This document shows positions 48,407-58,417 of a DNA stretch of 64,000 bases, one piece after another. This DNA is from Heterodontus francisci (Eukaryota): contig NC_090395.1 of the NCBI RefSeq assembly GCF_036365525.1, positions 33,661,229-33,725,228 on the forward strand, written 5' to 3'. The notes beneath the pieces were generated by a model that ran no database searches, was not told where the DNA came from, and saw only the letters and a list, made by a program, of their open reading frames with translations. Both the position numbers and the translations under genes were made by a program. The number at the start of each line of letters is the position of its first letter. Position 1 is the first letter of the stretch.

Positions 48407-51400
48407 TTTTTTATTAATTCATGGGATGTGGGCATCGCTGGCCAGGCCAGCATTTATTGCCAATCCCTAATTTCCCTTGAGAAGGTGGTGATGAGCTGCC
48501 TTCTTGAACCACTGCAGTCCGTGTGGGGTAGGTACACCCACAGTGCTGCTAGGAAGGGAGTTCCGGGATTTTGACCCAGCGACAGTGAAGGAACAGCAAT
48601 ATAGTTCCAAGTCAGGATGGTGTGTGACTTGGAGGGGATCTTGCAGGTGGTGGTCTTCCCATGCATTTGCTGCCCTTGTCCTTCTAGTTGGTAGAGGTCG
48701 TGGGTTTGGAAGGTGCTGTCTAAGGAGCCTTGATGCGTTGCTGCAGTGCATCTTGTAGATGGTACACACTGCTGCCACTGAGTGCCGGTGGTGGAGGAAG
48801 TGAATGTTTGTAGATGGGGTGCCAATCATGCGGGTTGCTTTGTCCTGGATGGTGTCGAGCTTCTTGAGTGTTGTTGGAGCTGCACCCAACCAGGCAAGTG
48901 GAAAGTATTCCATCACGCTCCTGACTTGTGCCTTGCAGATGGTGGACAGGCTTTGGGGAGTCAGGAGGTGAGTTACTCGCCGCAGGATTCCTAGCCTCTG
49001 ACCTGCTCTTGTAGCCACGGTATTTATATGGCTACTCCAGTTCAATTTCTGGTCAATGGTAGCCCCTAGGATGTTGATTGTGGGGGATTCAGCAATGGTA
49101 ATGCCATTGAATGTCAAGGGGAGATGGTTAGATTCTCTCTTGTTGGAGATGGTCATTGCCTGGCACTTGTGCGGCGCGAATGTTTCTTGCCACTTATCAG
49201 CCCAAGCCTGGATATTGTCCAGGTCTTGCTGCATTTCTACACGGACTGCTTCAGTATCTGAGGAGTCACGAATGGTGCTGAACATTGTGCAATCATCAGC
49301 GAACATCCCCACTTCTGACCTTATGATTGAAGGAAGGTCAGTGATGAAGCAGCTGAAGATGGTTGGGCCTAGGACACTACCTGAGGAACTCCTGCAGTGA
49401 TGTCCTGGAGCTCAGATGATTGACCTCCAACAACCACAACCATCTTCTGTTGCGCTAGGTATGACTCCAACCACCGGAGAGTTTTCCCCCTGATTCCCAT
49501 TGACCTCAGTTTTGCTAGGGCTCCATGTCTGAACCAAGGCTGTAATGAGGTCAGGAGCTGAGTGACCCTGGCGGAACCCAAACTGAGCGTCACTGAGAAG
49601 GTTATTGCTCAGCAAGTGCCGCTTGATGGCACTGTTGATGACACCGTCCATCACTTTACTGATGATCGAGAGTAGGCTGATAGGGCGTTAATTGGCCAGG
49701 TTGGACTTGTCCTGCTTTTTGTGTACAGGAAATACCTGGGCAATTTTCCACATTTCCGGGTAGATGTCAGTGTTGTAGCTGTACTGGAACAGCTTGGCTA
49801 GGGGCACGGCAAATTCTGGAGCACAGGTCTTCATTACTATTGCCGGAATATTGTCAGGGCCCATAGCCTTTGCAGTATCCAGTGCCTTCAGTCGTTTCTT
49901 GATATCACGCAGAGTGAATCGAATTGGCTGAAGTCTGGCATCTGTGATGCTGGGGACTTCAGGAGGAGGCTGAGATGGATCATCAACTCGGCACTTCTGG
50001 CTGAAGATTGTTGCAAATGCTTCAGCCTTATCTTTTGCACTGATGTGCTGGGCTCCCCCATCATTGAGGATGGGGATATTTGTGGAGCCCCCTCCTCCAA
50101 TTAGTTGTTTAATTGTCCACCACCATTCACGGCTGGATGTGGCAGGACTGCAGCGCTTAGATCTGATTCGTTGGTTATGGGATCACTTAGCTCTGTCTAT
50201 CGCATGCTGCTTACGCAGTTTGGCATGCAGATAGTCCTGTGTTGTAGCTTCACCAGGTTGACACCTCATTTTGAGGTATGCCTGGTGCTGCTCCTGGCAT
50301 GCCCTCCTGCACTCTTCATTGAACCAGGGTTGGTCACCTGGCTTGATGGTAATGGTAGAGTGGGGGATATGACGGGCCATGAGGTTACAGATTGTGGTTG
50401 AGTACAATTCTGATGCTGCTGATGGCCCACAGCGCCTCATGGATGCCCAGTTTTTCATTGCTAGATCTGTTCGAAATCTATCCCATTTAGCACGGTGGTA
50501 GTGCCACACAACACGAAGGAGGGTATCCTCAATGTGAAGGCAGGACTTTGTCTCCACAATGACTGTGTGGTGGTCACTCCTACCATTACTGTCATGGACA
50601 GATGCATCTGCAGCAGGCAGATTGGTGAGGACGAGGTCAAGTATGTTTTCCCCTCTTGTTGGTTCCCTCACCACCTGCCGCATACCCAGTCTAGCAGATA
50701 TGTACTTTAGGACTCGGCCAGCTCGGTCAGTAGTGGTGCTACCGAGCCACTGTTGGTGATGGACATTGAAGTCCCCCACCCAGAGTAAATCCTGTACCCT
50801 TGCCACCCACAGTGCTTCCTCCAACATGGAGGAGTACTGATTCATCAGCTGAGGGAGGATGGTAGGTGGAAATCAGCAGGAGGTTTTCTTGTCCATGTTT
50901 GACCTAATGCCAAGAGACTTCATGGGGTCCAGAGTCGATGTTGAGGACTCCCAGGGCAACTCCGTCCCTACTGTATACCACTGTGCCGCCACCTGTGCTG
51001 GGTCTGTCCTGCTGGTGGGACACGACGTACCCGGGGATGGTGATGGCAGTGTCTGGCACATTGTCTGTCAGGTATGATTCCATGAGTATGATTATGTCAG
51101 GCTGTTGCTTGACTAGTCTGTGAGACAGCTCTCCCAACTTTGGCACAAGCCCCCAGATGTAAGGAGGACTTTGCAGGGTCAACAGGGCTGGGTTGCCGTT
51201 GTCGTTTCCGGTGCCTAGCTCGAAGCCAAGTGGTCCGTCCGGCTTCATTCCTTTTTATTGACTTCGTAGCTGTTAGATACAACTGAGTGGCTTGCTAGGC
51301 CATTTCAGAGGGCATGTAAGAGTTAACCACATTGCTGTGGATCTGGAGTCACACGTAGGCCAGGCCAGGTAAGGACAGCAGATTTCCTTCCCTAAAGGAC

Positions 51401-51601
51401 ATTAGTGAACCAGATGGGATTTTACAACAATCGACAAGGGTTTCATGGCCATCATTAGACTAGCTTTTTAATTCCAGATTTATTAACTGAATTCAAATTC
51501 CACCTTCTGCTGTGGTGAGATTCGAACCTATGTCCCCAGAGCAATACCCTGGGTCTCTGGGTTACTAGTCCAGTGACAATATCATTACGCCACCACCTCC
51601 C
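48407..51601 (-). mobile_element. Near full-length single-ORF CR1-group (Zenon-like) LINE with tRNA-derived 5' head
   Basis: EN (IWGLVPKLGEL, GDFNVHH, LDL, SDH) and RT (FADD, KAQVRSVMEY) from about 51248 to 48467; no ORF1; A box 51582-51592, B box 51519-51528; short A tail; small deletion near 49525. Confidence 0.88.
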
Positions 51602-51802
51602 CTGCGGTGGCAACAATGTGCCTGCGGTTGCGACGGTATATCTGGTTGTTCACTTCCACCGTGTACGATCACATTGACAACTGTTCTACGCGGTTCCAAG
51701 TTGCCACTTGGGCTGACCTTTGTTGAGACAGTTCAAGGTTTGTCCCCTTACTGGCTCTCCAATGTTCAATTCTGGCAATGGTTTGGCAGTTTTGTCAAAA
51801 TG

Positions 51803-51972
51803 AACAAAGAACAAAGAACAGTACAGCATAGGAACAGGCCATTCGGCCCTCCAAGCCTGCGCCGATCTTGATGCCTGTCTAAACTAAAACCTCTGCACTT
51901 CCAGGGTCCGTATCCCTCTATTCCCATCCTATTCATGTATTTGTCAAGATGCCTCTTAAACGTTGCTATCGT
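51803..51972 (-). mobile_element. Short CR1 3' end, same subfamily as copy C
   Basis: Closely matches 37475-37645. Confidence 0.9.
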
Positions 51973-53132
51973 AAAAAAAAAAATTAGCTTTCTGCCATTT
52001 CACCTTGATAATGTCACTCACACCTGTTACTAATTCTGGCTGCAGTGGCTTTTTTGCTATTGGAAGAGTAGTTTGGATCCAACGTAACATTAGTCTTTGT
52101 ACTGGACTACTTTCCATGCCTTCAATGGGTGTATTTCTCGATTTCTTTATGATTCCTTTGGCAATTTTCACTGGCGCCTCAGCCTTTCCATTGCACTGGG
52201 GATAGTGTGGAGATGATGTTTGGTGTTGAATTTCCCAGTCCTGTATGAAGCAGCTGAATTCTTCACTTGTGAACTGAGGGCCATTGTCGCCCATCACAAT
52301 GTCTAGAATGTCATAACGACCGATGTGTGCTTTCAGGCGTTCTACAGTCTAACCGATAGTTATTGAAGTCAGCAGGTCTACCTCCCAATAGTCAGAATGG
52401 TAGTCTACAGTGACAAGATAATCTGCTCCTGCGAGAGCGAAGAGGTCCACTCCCAGCTTCATCCATGTTCTGTCTGGGAAGTCATGTGTCATCAGCAGCT
52501 CTTTAGCTTGCTTAGCTTGGTACTTATTATACACACTGCACAGGCTGACGTGGTCCTTAATTTCATTGCTCATGTTTGGCCAGTTGAGCACTTCTCTTGC
52601 CTTCCTCAGACTCGACTCAATTCCTTGGTGTCAATTCCATGGATGCATTTTAGCATCTCTCCTCTCAACTCCTTAGGGAGAATGACTCTATTTCCTTTGT
52701 ACAGGATGCCACCTTGGGCTGTCAATTCATCTCTGTATGCCTAATACGCGAGTGAGTAACACTCTCTAAATAGGATTGTTGATTTAAAGTTATTCCAGAC
52801 TTAGTAGATTTTCCTGCCTGTTCCACAATTGTTACATCCTTCCATTTATTAGAGCCCTCTGGAATATATGTTACCCAAATACCTACTCGGGCAACTGTCC
52901 TTTGGATGCGATAGCTCTTTCTTGAACACCATTATCACTCACATTACTATCCAACCCTTGATCTGTCTCATTCTGTTCCTCAGGACCTTCATCACAAAAC
53001 ACGTGATCGTTTGTGGTAAAAGGTGCCTCATTTCCCTCTATCAGCTGCTCAGATTCTGAGATTTTGCAATCAACCCTGATTAATCATGAGCAATGATTCG
53101 TAACAGTTTGATTTCCATGCTTGATAGCTACT

Positions 53133-53244
53133 GGGCTGGATTTTCTGTGGCCGCTGCCAAGTATGCCCGCCACCACCAACCACCACCCCCCCCCACAACC
53201 CCCTCCACCATTCCCAACATCGAGGGCTCTGTAAAATTCAGCCC
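53133..53244. mobile_element. 112-bp Harbinger-like MITE inside the Copia-like element
   Basis: TIRs GGGCTGGATTTT / AAAATTCAGCCC, 3-bp TSD ACT. Confidence 0.85.
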
Positions 53245-55675
53245 ACTATCTTACCATCACAACCTATTGCCTTACCAGAGTTCTTCTATTCCCTATGATC
53301 CTCTTTTATAATATACCAAATCTCCAGAATTAAATTCCACCTCATATGGCCTTATACGATGCCTCAGAGCTCTCTGAATTTTCTCAGAGACCTCAGCCTT
53401 GATGAAAGCCCATCTCCCTGCATGTAAAGCATTCAAACGTGCAGAAAAAATTGAACTAATTGTAGTACTTTCTAGAGTAGGAGCACTGTCACACAATACC
53501 GAAGGCAATTTGGGATTCCACACATAGACAATTGATAGGGCCTATATCCGCCAACCATCTGAAACAAATTCTTTGCATGAACCACCCATGTCAGGGCAGT
53601 TGTCAACTTGCAGTTTGGTTGGTCAGCTAAGATTTTATGTAGCATTCATCAATCACTGTGTGATTCCTTTCACAGAGCCCATTGCTAAAATCACTTTCAG
53701 CTGCAGTGTTCATAACCATAATGTTTGTGTTTTCACACATGTCTCTGAACTCGTTATTGACAAATTCTGCTCCATTATCAGTCAGAAACTTAGCTGGTGC
53801 CTCAAGTCCAGTCCTTATCTATTTCTCCATGATCTATAATCACCATTTTGTCCTTGCTACCTATTATTGTAGAAAGACTAAGTCTAGTTTCTAGGCCTAT
53901 AAAATGTCATATGAAAATGTTCTTGCCTTTGTCCCACACCTTTAAATCCATGGCAACTACCTTATTAAAGTCACGTGCCAATGGAAGGCTTACAATAGGA
54001 TGTGACAGCGTCCTCCGATACTTTTTACAGATTTCACACTTTTTATTAATCTCTTCTATTATCCTTGTATACTCTTCATCAATCACACTTGCATCCTTTA
54101 GCAGGGTTTTTCATCTTTGACAAGATGGGTGAGCAAATTGTGTAACTTTAAGACAATTTGCTTTTTATCTCTCTGATTCTTATCGTCTGATGCCATTAAT
54201 AATTCTTTAACATTCTGGCCAGAAACATCATGTTGTGTTAAGGGGATACAATAATGCCTTAACTGGGTAAACTGCAAATTCACTAACTTTCCAAAAACAA
54301 TTGCCTTATCATGCTCCATATCAAGTTTCATTTGTACCTTTTTCATTGAAGGTTTACTCAACAGTAAAGGTATCTCACTAGAGACGACATCATTACTGAT
54401 AAAGTGGCTTACTCCAGCTATTTTACATGGAATTATTACTCCCCTCAGTGACTTCAATGTGTTGTCATCACCTAACATAAAGCTGGTAGTGCTTTTATGC
54501 TCTGTAACCTTGCATCGATCCTCACTACTGAGTGAATCTAGATAACATTGAAACAAATCTGTTCTACATACTGTTGATGTGCAAGCACTATCTAATACAG
54601 CACATTTGAATGAATCCACAACTAACACATTCATCACATGACTAAAACTCCTTGTGACTAGTACAATTTGTTCAGATTCATCAGTAGCTTCCTCTTCTGC
54701 CTCAGAATTCTCTGCATCATGTGGTATTTCAAGGACACTGCCTCTCTGCTTTGGGCAGTTCATTGCATAATGATACTTTGAGTCACACCTGAAGCACCTA
54801 TTAAGTATTCCTGGGGCATTCCTGGGATTTATTCGCCTATCATTACTGTTCCAATTCTGTCTTCCACTGTAATAGTCAGACCTGCTAAAGGTACTTTCCG
54901 CCTCATTCTCAGCCTGAGCCTCAGTCTTTAACTCTTCCATTGTACCTATGCCTGCATCCAGTATCTGGACCATTTCAAAATCCAGTAAACATTGAGTTCT
55001 CCATTCTTTGTGTCACCGCAGAATGCCCTGTTTGTTCGATCAGGGATGAAAGAAATGACTATTTCCCCAGGAATTCCTTTAAGGCAGCAGACATCTGATT
55101 TTACAGGGAGTTTTTTTATCTGAGAACCGAACCCTAGTTAGAACCAAGACCCTGTCCATATGCACCCTCGCACAATCTAGCAATTTAAATGCGAGCACTG
55201 AACCAGGGATTTCCAAATTGAATTTCTTCAATCTTCTATATAGTCCGTTAAAGTCCATGATATATTCCTCCATTGGATAATCATCTGTGTTCCAAAATCT
55301 ATCAAAGTCTCACCATGCCTCATATGCATTCAATAGGTCATCTTTCTTGTAAATTTCATCCAAGTGTTCTAACAGAAGATCCAACCCTTCATCAGTATCC
55401 AACTGACAAGCATCCAGTTCACAAAACACTTTACTTCTGATTTTCCTTTTGGTAGGAAGTGAAAACGCCAAGGCCTTACCTTGTTTCCTGTTTGACACAT
55501 AACCCGTGTCCACATATCCAGTTTATTCTTCCACCGGTCATATGGTTCAGAATCAGAGAACATCAGAAGGTAATCATACCCTGACAATTTATATTTGCTG
55601 TCTGCCATATTTTCCACAATAGCCAGTGAGATTTTAGTTTTAAAAAATCTCAGTTTCCAACCTTCAGCTTTCAGC

Positions 55676-55693
55676 AACCATCCTCTGCTACCA
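55676..55693 (-). promoter_or_regulatory. Primer-binding site complementary to initiator tRNA-Met
   Basis: Minus strand TGGTAGCAGAGGATGGTT, an 18-nt complement of the vertebrate tRNA-iMet 3' end, immediately after the LTR-terminal CA. Confidence 0.92.
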
Positions 55694-55759
55694 TGTCAAA
55701 TTCTAGAACACTTATTGTGGAAGGGAAATGCTGGAGCCTATCTTTACTCAGTTTCTTTC

Positions 55760-55935
55760 CCCAAGTCAAAAAAAGCCCCCTGCTGGGTATTTATTGGAAA
55801 ACAGGTGCCTTCCAGTAACTGGTTACAATACTGAGCTCTCAGTGACCCTTGTAAAAAAAAATCCATGGACTCCTTTTCAGTTTTAAAACACAAAATCACC
55901 AAAATGTAACAACAAAAAATTAAGCACTCATAACA
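55760..55935 (-). mobile_element. 5' fragment of the 43814-type LTR
   Basis: Minus strand TGTTATG...TTTTAAAACTGAAAAGGAGTCCATGGATTTTTTTT matches 43850-43885. Confidence 0.65.
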
Positions 55936-56506
55936 ATGGTGATGGAGAAGTCTGGGACATTGGCTGTAAGGTATGATTCAGTGAGTTTTACTATATTAAG
56001 CTGTTGCTTGACTAGTCTTTGGAACAGCTCTTCCAATTTTGGCACAAGTCCCCAGATGTTTGTGAGGAGTACTTTGCAGAGTCGACCAGGCAGGGTGTGC
56101 CTTTGCCACTTCCAGTGCCTTGGTCAATGCTGGGTGGTCCGTCTGGTTTTATTATGTTTTGACTTTTCTGTAGCGGTTACTGAGTAGCTTGCTAGGCCAT
56201 TTCAGAGGGTAGTTAAGAGTCAATCACATTGCAGTAGGACTGGAGTTGCATGTAGGTCAGACCTGGTAAGGACGGCAGATTTCCTTCCCTCAAGGACATT
56301 AGTGAACCAGATGGGTTTTTACAACAATCCGGTAGTTTCATGGTCACCACTACTGAGACTAGTATTTTCTTTAATCCCAGATTTATTAAACAATTGAATT
56401 TAAATTCCACCAGCTGCCATGGTGGGATTTGAACTCATATCGCCTGAGCATTAGTCCGGGCCTCTGGATTACTAATGCAGTAACATTACCTCTATGCCAC
56501 TGTTCC
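55936..56506 (-). mobile_element. Second 5' end of the tRNA-headed Zenon-like LINE
   Basis: Colinear with 51035-51600: head, body and EN start (NIWGLVPKLEEL). Confidence 0.88.
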
Positions 56507-57771
56507 ACATTTCCTGGCTGTCTCTGGCTTTGCTAACAGCTCTAAAATGCAATCTTTGGGGTAGCCATTGCACTTTGTCCTTGCGGAAATCCATTACCAT
56601 AATGGGCTTTTAAGAAGTCAGTGCAGAGATAGGTGTTGGTAGGACCAAAACAATTTGGAGCAAGTAAGGTACGACCAGTCAGGGTCCCCATTCCTGATTC
56701 CTCAGGCTTCAACTGAATTGCATTCATTTGGAAAAGGTACTGGAAGGGTGTTCAATACTTTGGAGCCGTCTCCCGGCAGGGAGTCAGAAGAGAGCAGGAG
56801 GTCAGATTGTGAACAATAATGCTGTTTATGGTAACAAACAGAAGTTTCCTTATGAGTTAACTGAGCTGCCGTTTTATTGCTGCAAATTAACATTGACAAG
56901 AGTGAGCTGACCCATCAGTGAACACTTTACTGTGCCTATACATCTGATTGTGTTCTCCTTTCCTATTTTAGGCTGGTGGCCCAATTCCATTTTTAGAAAT
57001 GCTGTCTGCGACTATCAGATCAGTGGCAGAGTTTGAGCCGTAAAGTTTCATTGCCAGTGAAACTCTATCAAGGACCAAGTCTGCTTTGCTTCATCATGGA
57101 AATGTGATTTCACTTTGGCAAGTCTAATCCAGGAATACTTCTCGAGCAAAGGGTTGGAAGAGTCCTTAAACTAATCGCTACAGAACTGGATCCATATCAT
57201 AATAAGGGTGATTATTTTAGTGAAAGGATAAAAACAGGTACTAAATGGGTGGTGTACTAATAAGATACACCTATTTGAAAGTCCAGTTTTAGCATGCAAT
57301 TTGCTGACTACCATAACTTGAACATGCCTGGAGGTGCTAAAACAGACACTTGCAGGTTTAGCATTCAAACACTGATTAGAAGCAATTTTGTGGAGCAGTG
57401 TATGTGGGCTCCACCTACCCACTTGCATTGATGGTATGGAGTGTGTTGGTTGACTCGCAGTGGCAGGTTGCAGGATGGTTCTGGGACCAAGTGAGAGGAT
57501 GCACAGGCTCTCAGACAAGGCACTGGAGTTCCTGCTTGAGAGGGTCCAGAGGAGGATGGATGTCCTATACCCGTAGTGGGAAAGGAGTCCACCTCACCCT
57601 CCTGGCCCTCTCTCCTGCAGCAGAGGGGCTGCTCTGCCTGGCCTCCCAACCTCCACCCACGCCTCCTGCAGACCAAGGGGGACCCCTAGCAAGATGCACA
57701 GGACCAAGCACTCTCTTTCTCCTGGTGACTCCCATAATGTATCCAATAAGATGGAATAGCACAGCACTTAC

Positions 57772-57859
57772 TCTTTTTCGATGAAGTCCCCAGAGAGAAA
57801 TGCCAAAATAAATTGCTGAAGTGTTGGTGAAGTCTTGACGAACTGTCCCAGCAAGTTTC
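57772..57859 (-). CDS. Putative 88-nt internal exon of an unidentified gene
   Basis: Strong acceptor CTTTCTCTCTTTCTCTCAG|G and donor AGA|GTAAGT in non-repetitive DNA; open in all three frames; product not recognised. Confidence 0.4.
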
Positions 57860-58417
57860 CTGAGAGAAAGAGAGAAAGCTCGGGGGAACATACTAGTGAC
57901 TCTGCACCATTGTGCTAATGTCGTGGGGGAATCACTGACTGGAGTTTCTTTTGTGCTTGGAGACCTGAGGTGGATAGGACTCCCAAATGAAAGAGTTTAT
58001 TTGTACCGTGTCAGAAACAAGAGCAAGTTGGGCAATCAAGTCCCAGTGGTTGCATCTCCTTTGAGATAAATCAATGAGTTAAGATATGTATCTTAGAGAC
58101 AGCTGTATCATTCATCACCCTCTCAGTCTTGCACTTACTGCCTTCGCTCTAGGAATTCCCTGCTTAACTATGAGAGAGCAATCTGACTCCATCATTGCTG
58201 TATGTCCACTGTGACATACCAATGGAGGCATTTCTTTCTAAAAGTGGCTGCAAGGAATAGTCAACTCTCAAACACAAATTAATGCCTCAAACTGTCTAAT
58301 TCCACCATAAATTTGAAGTTAAAAGAGGGCGTTGAAAACCAGACACCGATTTCCTGACTATAATTCCTGTAGGAACAACTACACCCACCTGACATAACAA
58401 CCACTGTGGATACATCC

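Larger units (their letters stand above)
48216..52760 (-). mobile_element. Ty3/Gypsy (Mag-like) integrase remnant in three pieces
   Basis: WPNMSNEIKD...KLGVDLF...VDYHSDYWEV, DNGPQFTSEEF, SSPHYPQCNGKAE, RSYTVEVNNQIYRRNRRHI|RTTGE; interrupted at 48407-51615 and 51803-51972. Confidence 0.8.
52765..55755 (-). mobile_element. Ty1/Copia GalEa-like LTR retrotransposon remnant (partial LTR, PBS, gag, protease, integrase; RT lost)
   Basis: gag from ATG 55608 (YDRWKNKLDMW, KDDLLNAYEAW); CFRCDSKYHYAMNC; AVLDSACTSTVC; then directly integrase CEIC, VAMDL, TDNGAEF, SNGLCERNH. Confidence 0.75.

Noticed and set aside
51510-51601. tRNA gene
   Set aside because: It has an extra insert before the T arm, no convincing acceptor stem and no downstream T-run terminator; it is a retroelement head.
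46816-55755. 46816-47033 as the 3' LTR of the Copia-like element
   Set aside because: There is no polypurine tract or RT/RNaseH sequence next to it; better treated as an independent solo LTR.
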